Source: Phoronis australis
Taxonomy: Eukaryota; Animalia; Phoronida
Direction of reading: 5' to 3'
DNA length: 63,292 bases
NCBI GenBank assembly: GCA_002633005.1
Contig: NMRA01000154.1
Span: 244,216 to 307,507 of the forward strand
Shown here: one piece after another, positions 40,200 through 53,324 of the stretch
How positions within the stretch are numbered: position 1 is the stretch's first letter
How the letters are laid out: each line of letters opens with the position of its first letter
Position numbers and translations under genes: made by a program
Notes under the pieces: model-generated
What the model saw: only the letters and a program-made list of their open reading frames with translations
Told to the model about the DNA's origin: nothing
Database searches by the model: none

Positions 40200-40744
40200 A
40201 AGTCAAGGAACAATCAGAGGTCAGCTTCATAGCATGAAGAGGTCTACATCAAAATTTATGATTTCTTTCTGACGGAAAATTGTAGAACAGTCTTTAACTG
40301 TGTGATGTTTTAAACCTATAAAACGACCAGTTATCAACAATTTTTGTAATTAATAACTATTCTCTTATCAATGTGTTTTTGCACGAAAACTGAACAAGTG
40401 TGCTGAGATTCACATACATTAGAAATTCTCCAGATTTGGACAGTGAAAAAATCATTATTTTCCTCAAGATTAGAGCTCGTGCCAAATTTTAGAAACAGAC
40501 ACTATTGGCTGTCCCAATTCCAAGAATTACTGTCAATGACAAACCGTCATTCACCTTGATTTTACAAGCTATGGGAACACATGGTAATGTGTCAGCGGCT
40601 ATTTTCGACAATTTTATGAACTTCCCAGAATCTGGTCATCACGAAGTATTCCAGGCAACTTTTTGTGACGAATTTCAACTCCAAGAATAAGATGACGTTA
40701 GGTATACACCAGGGCTTTGATTTACATTAGTAGCTACTCTAATA

Positions 40745-41729
40745 CATAGGCGGATTTAGGGGGGGGGCCCAGGGGGCCCGGGCCCCCCCCCCTTGGCTGC
40801 CGCAAAAAAAATAAAACAGTAAGAGCGTACGGAAATGGTGAGTTTATTAATTAACCCCGGTAATTAAAATTATACGGATGAAAAAAGATTTAAATGTGTG
40901 CAGTTTTAGTGTTGGGCGGGGGCTCAAATCCAATTTCAAGTGTCAAATTCGGAACACGGCGCGTTCGTAACGGAACTATGGCTAAGTATAGAATCTCCCG
41001 CGATATCCTAGGCGACCGGCAGCGGCGCTGTGCACTACGACTCCGTTTCCGTCGTCTGCTCCACTGTGCAATGAAGAAAATTTACTTCATTTTTTAAAGA
41101 AAATGGAACCTGAGTGGCGATGAAAAAACAGAAGCTGCTGGTAAGATGTGAATTTTAATCGAAGCCTTAGTGAATCACTCAGAAACTCGCAATACTCTCT
41201 TTGTCAAACCTTATCTTAAGACGGTTTCCAAAGCAATCCCGTCATTATTGCCAACACGAAAAATGGATTTGGTCTTTTGGGCATTTGAAGACTATTTCAA
41301 ATACGACAAATTTGTTAAGAATTGATGGCACAAAATATAAAACGTATAATAAGCATTACAAAAAGAAGTAGGTTACGCGCGCAAACGCGGTGGCCCATAA
41401 ACAAGTAAGTGTTTTAGTATGAGAGTCGTAGTTAAATCGTGGTGGTGTAGTGGTACCGTACGCGCGCTCAACCCTCTAGGTCGTGAGTTCGAGTCTTTGA
41501 CACTTGCATTTTTTTCCTGTTTGACACGTTCTCCGTGTTTTTTTTTTCGCCTTTTTTTCTTGGATAATACTTCAGGAATCAAGGCAAATGCTTGATTTTT
41601 AGAGGTAAAAACAGAAAAATTTCCCATTCGGTGCTATGCGCATCTGCAATCGTGGTTCAGTTTGCGCAAATGCTTCCAGCCGAACAAAATGTTGGGCCCC
41701 ACCCTTGTGATATTCTAGATCCGCCACTG
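40745..41729. mobile_element. About 1-kb non-autonomous DNA transposon with GGCGGAT-type termini
   Basis: CATAGGCGGATTTAG...CTAGATCCGCCACTG with GGGCCC-rich subtermini. Flanks TAATA/TAATT form an imperfect 5-bp duplication. It is CpG-rich inside a CpG-poor intron. Confidence 0.8.
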
Positions 41730-41808
41730 TAATTACAGTACATCTGAACACTTCAGAGGGTATCGACTGCAACAGATTAAAAAACAGCAGATGTCAATGA
41801 AACCCTAC

Positions 41809-42677
41809 CTGCAAATCATCCCTCATGTCATGTAAACTGCTGTCTGACGATGTCCGTGCCACAGACAGATGACGGACATTACCCATAATTCCCTGCAACT
41901 CCATCGGTCCACTGGCTGCTGCAGCGTCTCTCTTCATTCGCATCAACTTGCCGCGACCACGACTCTCGCCCATCACCCTGAGTTGCCGCTCTCTAGCTTT
42001 CTCCAGTGATTGTTGCTGCCTCACTTCCAGACGGTGCTCAGTGTTCACCGGTTTATGCGGATCGCCATCATATGGTTTCATTGCCACCATAACGTTTTCA
42101 GCCATCTGAACGGTCTTACTATTAATAACTGTATTCTGACGTGGCACATCGAATCTATCGTATCTCTTACTGCTGAACTGCAGAGGACCCATTGGTGTGG
42201 AGCTGTTAACAACAGTCTTTGACCTCTGAACATTACCAGAAACTTGTGCCGGTATCAATGTTACGACTGTCTTCAAATCGTTCAGTTCTGATTTTGTTTT
42301 TGAGCTTCTAACATTGTCTGCCACTGGCAGAGTCACCTCTTGGTTGCCAGGCAACCGGCTGAGATCTTTTGAAGACTCAGATTCATTACTCAGGAGAACG
42401 CCTGTGATCCCATCACCATCTTTTTCACAAGAACTGCTCGGCCATTTATCACCTACAAGAACACTGGTGTCATTGTCGCAGTCAGAACAAACATCATTTG
42501 TGTCAGTTATGTTTGGTAACTGACTGACAACAGCCTCATTCTGAATGGAGTCCGATGAGAGGCTTTTACGTGGAAAATATGTCCTCTTCCACCCGCCACC
42601 AATACCAGCGGCCGCACGAGGGGAGGCGGGTACTGACCTTGGAGTGACCTCCTGCTGTTCTTGTATTAGGTCAAGCC
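41809..42677 (-). CDS. RCC1-repeat protein, coding exon 11 (869 nt, low complexity)
   Basis: ttattacag|GG...CAG|GTAGGG. The frame is stop-free for about 290 codons and contains track ORF 41794..42354. Phases 1/0. Confidence 0.85.
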
Positions 42678-42908
42678 CTGTAATAAGAATACAGTAAAAT
42701 AAGATAAAGGAACAATGGCTACACTGCGGAGGTTACTTACATGACCAGATACTGAGTGCAGGCAACTAAAAGCTTCTCAGAAATGTGAAACTCCTCCATT
42801 GTTGTATTGGAGCATTGCATTGTGGGAAATACTGCACACTCAACTCCACCGGTTAACAGTAACATGAGGTACAGCTTTTATTCCTTGACGTTTTACCAAA
42901 ATGCCTAC

Positions 42909-43050
42909 CAGTCCTTCTGCCATCTGGTGTCGGTGCATAGAAGTCGGCTAAACTGACACTTGTCTTGTCACGCATCATTGAGGAACTCTTGCCAAGAGGA
43001 GGAAGAATAACATCATCTGTGTCACTAGAGAAGCCACTACCTAGATCACC
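42909..43050 (-). CDS. RCC1-repeat protein, coding exon 10
   Basis: gttacag|GGT...ACTG|GTAGGC. Encodes GDLGSGFSSDTDDVILPPLGKSSSMMRDKTSVSLADFYAPTPDGRRT. Phases 0/1; a second in-phase donor follows 42897. Confidence 0.8.
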
Positions 43051-43299
43051 CTGTAACATGTTTATTAAATAACGGTTAGTCACACGTATCATATCATCAG
43101 GTCCAATTTATATCACATGACCTGGTACAATACACTGTTTTGCAGCAAAGAAAAACCAACAATCTCAAAGCAAATAAAAATTACTGGTCTGTGGATCAAC
43201 CAATTGTACGGTGAACCTTCTTCACTTGAGCTTTAGTCAGACAAGTCACGTTGATGAGACATGATCAACTTGCCAACTTTACAGTGGTCCATCACATTC

Positions 43300-43620
43300 A
43301 TCAGTAATTGTCACTTTACAGTTGTCAGTCACACAGTCATTACTAATTGTCACTTTAAAAACAGTCAGTCACAAAGTCATCACAAATTGTTACTTTACAA
43401 TTACTGTCAGTCACAGTCATTATTAATTGTCAACTAACTGTCAATCACAGTCATCACTAATTGTCACTTTACAACTAACTGTAAGTCAAAGTCATCACTA
43501 ATTGTCACTTTACAACTGTCAGTCACAGTCATCATTAATTGTCACTTTACAACAGTCAGTCATAGTCATTACTAATTGTCACTTTACAACTGTCAGTCAC
43601 ACAGTCATTACTAATTGCTA
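43300..43620. repeat. Degenerate tandem repeat of about 35-40 bp
   Basis: Recurrent ACTAATTGTCACTTTACAACTGTCAGTCACAGTCAT. Confidence 0.85.
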
Positions 43621-44236
43621 CATCAAGTTAATATACATCACCGAGAAATTACAGTCATTTGTGCTGCTGAAAGTTGACCTACACTTTACATCTTGCTGTT
43701 TTTTTTTCACTGCCGGTGGTTTACGAGAACTTAAGCATTGTTATAACACAAAATACAAAATAATTTGATTCACATTTTCCAAAAGTATACGCCCATGCTG
43801 AGAAAGCGAAATACAAAGCGATGCTGGGTGATGCACAACGTTTTTGCGGTATATTTAGTCAACAAGTAGTCACTACAGTAGTTGTCATGGTAGGGTGTGG
43901 CCTGGTGTCATTAAGGCCTCGCTGCACACTGCCAATTGGTTATATTGAACATGACTTCCGTTGGTCAACATGGCCAGCTTTAAAGTAAGATAGGATACAA
44001 AACCTATGGTAATCACCATAAACAAAGTGTTTAAATTTGCCTCATTTCAAGATATTCGTGAGGATCACAGTAATATAAATCAAAAACAGGCCACTCGCCA
44101 TTTTGTGAAGCACGATGTCTCAAGGTAATACTCAACAACATTCATAACTGATCATCACTAGCCAGGTGATTGCTACAGGGGGATAGTATTGGTTCTGTAA
44201 TGCAAGCTTGAACAGAGAACAAGAGAGCCAGTGTAC

Positions 44237-44340
44237 CTCGTCAGAAATATAACAGTCACTGTTTACTCTCCTCCGACTGAGGAGACTCTCATCCTCATCC
44301 TCGGTGTCTACATCCGACTCGTTTGAACTCTTGACCCAAA
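44237..44340 (-). CDS. RCC1-repeat protein, coding exon 9 (acidic linker)
   Basis: gatttcag|TT...GAG|GTACAC. Encodes VWVKSSNESDVDTEDEDESLLSRRRVNSDCYISDE. Phases 1/0. Confidence 0.8.
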
Positions 44341-45734
44341 CTGAAATCAAGCACAACAGACAATTCATACAATGATCACATTGTCTACATGTACAGGAAT
44401 ACCATCTTGAATTAATGCATTGGAAGTGACAGGTGAAATCCATCATGTGTCAAGGAACATCCCCCAAACCTGCAATTTGCCTGACACTCCATGGAGGCCA
44501 CCAGAAGACCTTGATTAATGCAATCAATTCTCAACCACAACTTTCACCTTCATAGCAATCAATTATTTATTAAAGTGACATGGGTGCATCACAGAATGCA
44601 ATACAAAAACAAACAGACTTCTTGTGCAATACATAACCATCCTCTTGGGCTTATAAGTCACCTGGTACAAATTAACATCTCCGCAATTATAGGCATTGCA
44701 GGCTACTCTTGCAGAAATCAAGTGCCCTCATCAAAAACTTCGCAGGAGCTTCTGGATCATCTAAAAGAGAGGATTTACTTGGGAACTCTGTATTTACATG
44801 ATCATATCTGGTGCTAAGAGAAAAAAATCATTTCGTCTTCAATTAAGTTTTGGTTACTTTGACATAATTTTTCATTTCATGGAGTACACGTGAACCACTC
44901 TAATTCTACCCCTGATGTCAAAATTCCTAACCTGAAGTGTGCTAACACATATCTCAACATAGCAGTAAGAACTTAATAGTCAATACACAGTACGTTGATT
45001 TCAAAGTCTTATAAAAACTTAATTTAGGCTTCAAGTCAACCAAATCACCCAAAACCTTCCTCTTTTTCAAAACAAAAATAACCAAAACATTCAACACCAG
45101 CAACCCGTTTTGCAGTAAATGCATGAAACACATGAAACTGTGACAATACATCTTTGATAGATGAGCTCCTGTTATTTTTACAATTATTATAACCATAAAT
45201 AAATAAATAAATAAATACAAGACAAACAGTGTGCAATTCTGTTTTCATTCATAACAATCAAATGGTTCAATTGGACAATGTTCTCCTATTGTTTATAAAC
45301 TTTTGTTGCAGGTCCAGTGTTTCTGTATAAAACTGAGTTGGTTACATATTACATGTACTTCCAGGAAAAGCCAATGGGCTCTAGAATGAACCAATTGACA
45401 TTGTACAAAACATTTATAGACTCAAATCCCAGAACAATACTCCATAACTGAGGTAACAGAGCAGACAAAGCACTTTGTAAAAGTGTAATATGTTCTGTTT
45501 CACATGGTGAATTTTGGGCTTAAGTAGGCTGTGATTTAGATTGATGAGTGAACAATATAATTTTTCACTTCGTGAACTTGTAGCTTGGACCTAGAAGTAG
45601 AAGTCATGTAAATCTCATACTGAAGAAAACAGTAACTGTGGAGACTAAGCTGGCTGTGGTCAGAGAGGACAGACCAACTGCTGAGATTGAGTACATGGTA
45701 TAGGGGTGAGATACGCAACACATTACTCTGTTAC

Positions 45735-45899
45735 CTGGGTGACCGGACATACAGGTGACATGCCACGCCCCACACGTTACATGCTTCACAGGGAACCCTC
45801 CAGTGTCCAGCTGCTGCACACTCAGTATTTTAGCACTGGCAGGCTTCTCAGCATTGATGCAGTGACTGTTACGACCGAACATGAAGAGAGAGCCGTTAC
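45735..45899 (-). CDS. RCC1-repeat protein, coding exon 8 (seventh repeat)
   Basis: cctttag|GT...CCAG|GTAACA. Encodes SNGSLFMFGRNSH...VTCGAWHVTCMSGHP. Phases 1/1. Confidence 0.9.
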
Positions 45900-46261
45900 C
45901 TAAAGGGGACAGCCAAGTTGTGATGGTTTTATATTTACAGAGTATTTAAACACATTGGTAAACCTAATGATTAAGTATATATTTTATATTTCACAAACAT
46001 TAATAATATTTTACTAAGCGACTAACACTTTATATAATGATAGCCACTTACAGCAAGACCATCAAAGTATTTCCAATTCTAACCACAAATGAATCAAGTT
46101 TGTGGCACAGACTGTAAAGCAATCACTTAAACTCATTTGACACACAAATGGTGTTCACCTGTGTTATCAGTCATGATGCCACGAGATGTGTGTAGTTTGT
46201 AAAAAGTGTTACTACTGAACATGGAAATTCACCAGAACAAATACGACATTGTGAAGCTCAC

Positions 46262-46423
46262 TTGTAACAACTGCTGTGAAGGACTCTCCGCAGTCGATGG
46301 TGGTCACATGACCACGTAGTGAAGGGTGGCGCACTCTTTTGGGCTGAGACAGAAACCTAATGGCATCTCCATGTCCCAGCTGGCCGTCAACGCCAGCTCC
46401 CCAGGTGTAGATGTTCCCATTGG
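46262..46423 (-). CDS. RCC1-repeat protein, coding exon 7
   Basis: gctttcag|CC...ACAA|GTGAGC. Encodes ANGNIYTWGAGVDGQLGHGD...IDCGESFTAVVT. Phases 1/1. Confidence 0.94.
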
Positions 46424-46589
46424 CTGAAAGCAAAACACGAAATACAACAAGACTTGGAAAGCTGCAATATACTAGCCAGTGTAGAGTAATCTATCAAGCT
46501 TAAGTGCAGGTGCACCGAGTCGTAGACACACGACTCCTCCCTTAGTGGAACTTGAAAGTTGTGGGACTGGGCACAGTGAGAATATTGAG

Positions 46590-46723
46590 CAGTGGCGGAT
46601 TTAAAGGGAGGCCAAACTCTCCCAAATTCTATTTGGCAGTTCAGAGGTGTGAATGTTTGACAGGCAAAATCCTGTCTAATACTACGCACTGTCCCCCCAA
46701 CTCAAAATCCTGGATCCGCCCTG
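46590..46723. mobile_element. Small MITE with CAGTGGCGGAT / ATCCGCCCTG termini
   Basis: Termini resemble those of 40745-41729 and 33702-33857. No TSD visible. Confidence 0.6.
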
Positions 46724-46882
46724 TCGTTACTTTTAAAACTGTTTATTTTACAAGAGAAAACGTGCAGCCTAACGCGCAAGTACATACATATAGGATGTGA
46801 TCTGCCACGTGAACAGTCTGGGTGAAGTATTCAAAAAATCTGCCGAAAAAATGTAAGAAACTTATGAATTCGAAGCGCATGG

Positions 46883-47014
46883 GATAAATACAAAACGTAC
46901 CTCGATTAATTGGCGTACATGAAGTAATATCCCACTCGACCTTATTCCGCAGAATAATGTCTCGTGGGATATTACTTCATGTAAGCCACTCTCGGTACGT
47001 TTTGTGTATTTATT
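46883..47014. repeat. Intronic hairpin/palindrome with a 4-nt loop
   Basis: TACATGAAGTAATATCCCAC (46916-46935) pairs perfectly with 46964-46983. Outer arms CAAAACGTACC / GGTACGTTTTG also pair. Confidence 0.9.
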
Positions 47015-47809
47015 CTTGTAAAACCTCATGCCTGTAAGAGTACTTGTTATGTTGAACTACAGCAATTCATTCACTAGTTTTGGCAAATATACGCTTTAAT
47101 CAACAAATAAATGAATACTTTTTACCATTCAAAATTAAACAATTTAAACAAAACCTAACCATTTTAAATAACAAAGCATTTCAAACAAATAAAGAATAAA
47201 TGAAAATGTTCTTACAAAACAGGCTTTTATGATAACTCATCAAGATATTTGGGTAATTAAATAATGGTTAATGAGAGAGGAAATGCAACTTGTGAGAACT
47301 ACTGTGTATCCACCACTAATGATGTTAGTGAGAGAGGAACACTTCTGATGACACCTGTATGTGAGCCAGTGACCCCTGTAATCGCATGATGGCATCTGCT
47401 GCAGCCACCAAAAAATATTACAAATTCCTAAGATAACGCAAGTGATAAGTTGACTGTGTTGCAGTTTGAAGAGGAAGTGAGTGTCATGAAGGTCAAGGGT
47501 CAAACCCAGAGGAACACATGGGCAACACGTTTCATGGAGAGATGAATAGGGAACCAGATGTTGCTCATGAGTGCATGTGAGTTCTACACTCGTATGCGAT
47601 GTCAAGATAAAGAGACACCACATAGTGTAACTGTCATTAAAAAGTATTACTTTGTTACCAACAGACTAGAAACAAAATCACAAGACACTATGTGCACATA
47701 TCATGTGTAGAGTCATTCACTCATTTGCAGCTGACACAGATTTCTAAAAATATATTACACATCTGCCGTTACAAATAATCTGCTCACTCTTCAACATAAT
47801 TTCCACCCG

Positions 47810-47965
47810 CAATACAGTAAATGAGTGTTCACCCAGTGCAGTTCACACAATACAGTACTGAGTGTTCCCAGTACAGTTCACACAGAACAGTAACGAGTGT
47901 TCACACAGTACAGTTCACACAATACAATACTGAGTGTTCACAGTTGTATATTTCACACAGAAAAA
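47810..47965. repeat. Degenerate tandem repeat of about 35 bp
   Basis: Recurrent GAGTGTTCAC...CAGTTCACACAATACAGTA. Confidence 0.75.
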
Positions 47966-49973
47966 TACTGTGCCATGTGAACACTCGCACAATGAAGAAA
48001 ATAAATTATAAATTGCAACAATGCTTCATATTTAAAACAAAAAACATTACTAGGAACAATAAAATATCATTAAGTAGTTAGTTAAATCTGTATCCTGTAT
48101 TGACCCCCAGGAACCTGCTATGTCAACATTACAACAGGTATCACTGGGCAGCAGGCCACCAAGTCAATACCAAGCAGACCTCAGTATTAACCACATAACA
48201 ATAACACACAGAACTATAATAGCCACTAAACAAATAATGCCATAATGCCTGACCTAGAAAAAACATAGGAACAATTATTCTAAAATTTTACTCAAGAACT
48301 GTCAGTAATTAAAAGGAACATTGATAATAAAATTATCTTGTTCCACACTTTGGTGAGTTTTGCCAATAACCAAACAATCTTATCACCTTTCTTCACTTGT
48401 TGTACTCAATTTTACATAAAAAGTCAAAGTAATGAGTGTAAAACACAAACATATAAATTCAGTTATTTAATAGAGGGAAATTTTTAAACATTTCAAAGTA
48501 AAAGGGATAAATGTATTTCCAAACATGAGAAAGGCTTTCAAATTGGACGCGTTTTGAACACTTGATAAGTGTTAGAAGATATTGGCTTGACCTCCGTCTA
48601 ACCTTGGTTTACAAAAGGGCTAAAAAAACACCACAGAATCATTGATTTGCCCATTGTTACACTTAATGATAATTGAACTGCCACTGAATAGGTTAAATGT
48701 TAACCTGAGGGCTGAAAATTGACAATTAGCTGTACTATAGTTTAGCATCCGTCCCCTACTGAAAACAACGCAAACCGTTCATAAATCAGAGGTAAACGAC
48801 TTGATATAATGAATAAGTTCACATTAAGCAAACTATTTCTTAAAAGTTACAGTTCAATATGATAAATCCGTAACACTAACAACTGTTGGCAAAGTGAATT
48901 CTGAAACACTCGAAATTTAACACAAAATGAACTGGGAAAACAAAATATGAAGATAAAAATCAAGTACATCTTACTCCAAAACAAATGAATTTAGAACTCT
49001 TGATTATCAAAAATTAAGCCACAAGTTGATGTTTTCTTAATTTCTCTTAGTAAACTAAGAAGTCAGCCAACAGCTGGTGAACACCAAGTAAAAAATACAG
49101 AGAAACATGACCTCAAGTTGGGATTGTCATGTTATAAACTCAGTTGAGGCCCCAGAACACAGAGGCTCGCAATGGGGAGATGGCAATAACCTTGAATGTG
49201 GTGGAAGGGTGCACCACCTATTAACAAAAATGGTAACTACTGCACTGGCTAAGTAATAATTAAATTTTCAATGCCATTTTCATAATGTTTAGTAAGTTCA
49301 AGAAAACACTAGCTAAAGCAAATTGTCCACAACAACACAGTCAGCTTAGGCCTTGATATACACTTGCTGAATACGAAAATTCCATGGGCCAAAATGAATC
49401 TCGTTTAAGTCCCAAATTTTTAATGGGAAAACAGTTTAGTGTAAAACAGACAAAAGCTGAACGTCCCTCAATCATGTTTACAATTCAACAATAATTACAC
49501 TCTTGTTCAAGATGTCCCGTGAATCACATAAAATAACAATGAATTAGGTCCAAACTAAAAAGCAAATTAAAATATTTCAGAGATTGTTTATTTTACAGAC
49601 TTGAATTGTACCAATTAAGAAGAATTGAGCTTTTACCAAATTTATTAGTCAGCTTTACTATGCAGCTCTTAAACAGTGCTGCATGCATTCAAAGTCACCT
49701 CATCACCAGGTTAGACCAGACCTCAGTTAGATGTAAACATGTGAAAAATTCATGAACTGGGCTACTACACACGAATAAAATTGACTAACCCCTTGTTTCG
49801 TATCTTTTGATTTAGCATAAATTTTTGATCTCCTATATTAGTTACTAAACCTTAGCTAGAAAGTCACATGAAAATTGCCATTCAAACCGGGAGTTATAGA
49901 CGTCCACTCATTTTCATGTACATTCATATCAAACCTTTAATTAAAAATGGATGTTTAATTAAATGGTACCAAC

Positions 49974-50117
49974 CTGTCAAGAAAACACTATGAGTGCCGC
50001 CTGCTGCTAGGGCGATGATATTGTCATGGCGGGTATGCCTCAGAATGGGCGATAGTACATCCTTGGTTCTACTACCGCACGCTCGGCTGAAGCCCCACAT
50101 GTACAGGGAACCATCCT
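49974..50117 (-). CDS. RCC1-repeat protein, coding exon 6 (not in the ORF track)
   Basis: gttgcag|AG...ACAG|GTTGGT. Encodes EDGSLYMWGFSRACGSRTKDVLSPILRHTRHDNIIALAAGGTHSVFLT. Phases 1/1. Confidence 0.92.
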
Positions 50118-50309
50118 CTGCAACAGACAGGCATGTATGTCAATCAGGAGTATACGAGTGTAATCGTGTTACACTGTACAAAAGTGAACTCAAAACACCA
50201 AATTAATGATAACAAAAAAGAAAAATCGACAATTCATTACTACGTGATGTTTACCAAACATGCACAGGTTCATGTAAGGCTGGTCTAATCTAATTAGCAG
50301 CCAGAGACA

Positions 50310-50380
50310 TTGGGGCCTAATGGGACAGATATCCACTTCCTTTAATCAAGGTCATGGGTTCAAGTCCCTCTGGGGCACAC
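50310..50380 (+). mobile_element. Decayed tRNA-derived (SINE-head-like) sequence
   Basis: B-box-like GGTTCAAGTCCC with a T-arm (GGGTTCAAGTCCC) and a weak upstream A-box. No intact cloverleaf. Confidence 0.4.
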
Positions 50381-51517
50381 TGCTAGACCCTCAAGTCAGG
50401 TCTCTAGCTCCTGAGCTTGGTTTTAACTTTGTATTAATAAAGCATAAAAATGGTTCCAGGAGATCAGGGCAATGGACTCACCTGCACAGTCTGTGCACAT
50501 CCGGTACAATGTGCAGCAGACGTGATAACTTATTAAAGCAAAAACAATGACACAGTCAGCTCAACTAAAGACTGCCAGTGAAAAGATGACGCCATTTTGA
50601 CCAACACAAAACTGACAGCTGACTGGTCTCAAAAAGGAAAAACTGTGGTTGAGTATTTAATACAGAACACAGTCACTAGGCTACCATAAGGGGGGCCCCC
50701 AACATGTTGCCTCGGGGAATTGGGCAAAGCGCGATTGTATGTGCACAGGCGGTCCTGTTCAGTTATGAGTGGACTAAAAATAACGGAACACGATTCCGCC
50801 GCCATATGGGGTCTGAGCCCATCTCATCTGCTACCCGTCCTAGTTACTGAGCTCAATAGTTCCTCACGCTGCACGCTATTGCTGTTTCATTTTGCTTGCG
50901 GCAGCCTAGGGGGAGGGGGAGGGGGTGGCAGGCCGCCTATGGAACAACACTAGCGTGGTTTATCTCACTCATATCACAGCTGCACTAAATCCTGCTAGTA
51001 ATGCAGTTCAGCTCCTAGTACAGTTTGGTTGCTTAGCACACAGCCAATGACCTATCTTGTGACCCTGAAAAATGTGTTGTCATAGTGACATTCTGTTCTT
51101 AGCACGATGTTTCTTGCTACACCAGAACATCACTCACAACACGCAGTCACTACCAGACCAACCACCCACGTCTCTCAGTTTATTCACAAAATTTCAGCAA
51201 CATTCATAAGGTAAGAAAGATTTTTGTGTTACGAAACTGAGCACAATGTGACACGTTGTATATCACATGACGAAAGTCTCGCCGTATCAGGCCTAATCGT
51301 ACACTGTTATGTTTTGGTGAGGCTGCATAATCCCAACCATCACAGTGCACAAGATGTGTTATTTTAGAGGCACAGATGTCTGAGTGACTGTGTTGTGGTA
51401 GGCTTAAATACAAAATGTAGAACGTAGCTGCAATTTTTACAACGTATAAGGAAGGAATCACATCAAACGATCATCGATGCAACACGATACACCAAAGATA
51501 AAGTCAAACTGCCGCAC

Positions 51518-51642
51518 CTTGAACCACTAATGTGTGATTAGCCCCACACGACAATAGACGGACGGAGCGGAGGTCTTCGTTAAATTTGGGTACAATCGCT
51601 TCCTTCACATCTCCGGTTCCTATTTGGCCATGACTGTTACTC
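51518..51642 (-). CDS. RCC1-repeat protein, coding exon 5 (not in the ORF track)
   Basis: acttacag|G...CAAG|GTGCGG. Encodes SNSHGQIGTGDVKEAIVPKFNEDLRSVRLLSCGANHTLVVQ. Phases 2/1. Confidence 0.92.
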
Positions 51643-52017
51643 CTGTAAGTGAATGCGATCAACTTTGCTCGAGTCATTCAGCTTGACAAAATCACTGCAC
51701 AAATTGTGTAGTCACTCGAGAGACAAGAGCAAATCGTTAGAGAAGTCTGGGTACAACAAAAAGGACTCCTTACTGACACAAGTGAAACTCTGGCAAATCT
51801 TTTTAAATTGCTTACAAAAAGATTGAAGCATGGAAATTTCTCAACTGGTGCAAAGTGAGTAGTAAATTCTTGATAGTTCGAGATCGAAATCATTTTCTAT
51901 TGCACTAAGTAATGTTGTGTGACATGTTTTGTGCAGATGAGTAAGTTCATAAGTTGTTTTAGGTAAGATAGAAATATTAAATATTTAGAAATCTATTTTT
52001 AGACCAATAGGGCTTAC

Positions 52018-52127
52018 CCCACTCCTGCCACAGCACCATCTTTGAACAGAAACATTGTGTGTTTCTGACCACAGGCAACATGTTGCACAGCACGGTGGGA
52101 CAGTGTGTGTATGAGATGAGGTTTGAA
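52018..52127 (-). CDS. RCC1-repeat protein, coding exon 4 (this frame is not in the ORF track)
   Basis: gcttacag|TTC...GTGGG|GTAAGC. Encodes FKPHLIHTLSHRAVQHVACGQKHTMFLFKDGAVAGVG. Phases 0/2. Confidence 0.92.
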
Positions 52128-53011
52128 CTGTAAGCAGACAACACATAACATGTTAGAGGAATGGTTGACCAGATGAAGCCATCATTGTTCTGGTCAATGA
52201 GCCGTGAGTCACCGTAGGTCAAGATGCCGACCATTTCATGTCAAAAATAATCATAGAAAATGACCCGAAATTCTCTATCATGAAAACAGACTGCAAGACC
52301 ACCATCAGACTAGTTGCTGCAGAGTAACCCATCACAATGACTCATGACACATGTTTACCTGTCACCACGCACAAACAGTATTTTGTCTGATTACTATATT
52401 GGTTTGCGCTGTATCCACCCTAAGCCTGGGCACAGTGTCTACAGTCTAGACACACAGTACAGACATTCTTGTCTCATTCTCAGGCAAGAACAGTATCCAT
52501 ATACAGCTGTCATTTTAGTAATTGGTTTTATTATGTCTCTTGACTGTCTGCTTTGTAGTTGCGCTGTAAACGACCATCAAAGATACAGAGAGCTCGTCCG
52601 AGCTAATTATCAATCATAAATATTGTTGTGTGTTCAACACATTTTGTCTACAGGAGGGACTACTGCTGCTCAATTATTCTGATAACTACATTATATATGT
52701 ATAATGTATATACACTATATGCATTAACATTCAAGTATGTTATATATGTTACATTATATACATATTTACAGAAATTGAGATTTACTTGTTTTACAAAGGT
52801 GTCACAAAAGTGACATCAAAAAGTTTGGCATAATAGCATCAAATGTAATCACTACTCAAAATTTCATATTTTTAGGTATTTCACTCAGTTCACGTGGCTA
52901 AACACAAAAAAATCAAATTGAGGTTTTCACTCTGTTCCTCACCATGGCAACAAGAAAATTGAAACGATCAGTGATTCAATTGGGCTTTTCACTCCATTCC
53001 ATACTATGGCA

Positions 53012-53172
53012 AGATTCTATTTCCGTTTCCAACAAGAACATTGAAACGATCGGCAACTCAAAACATGCTTCATAGTTTACTGGGAATGGCCAACGCTAAA
53101 ATTGAGAAACCGAAAACGGCACATATATGCATGCATTGCCTGTTACCCGAGTTGGTAACGGAAATGGAATCT
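53012..53172. mobile_element. Small inverted-repeat element
   Basis: AGATTCTATTTCCGTTTCCAAC versus GTTGGTAACGGAAATGGAATCT, 20/22 complementary. Confidence 0.6.
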
Positions 53173-53324
53173 GATCAAGGTAAGAGATATTATGAGATCC
53201 AACCTAAGTGAGCAAAACAGGAATTTTGAGCCAGCTCGACTGGGCAAAATCCCACTTTAAGTAAAATTTAAATCTACCTGACAATGGCAAAATTAACAAA
53301 ATCGTAGATTCTATTTGCACTAAC

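Noticed and set aside
41436-41502. Functional tRNA gene (also 50310-50380 and 21480-21510)
   Set aside because: Only A/B-box remnants are present, with no complete cloverleaf.
44661-44815. Exon-like segment with acceptors and a donor between RCC1 exons 8 and 9
   Set aside because: Phase-1 entry from either acceptor hits a stop, and exons 8 and 9 join in frame without it. At most an unsupported poison exon.
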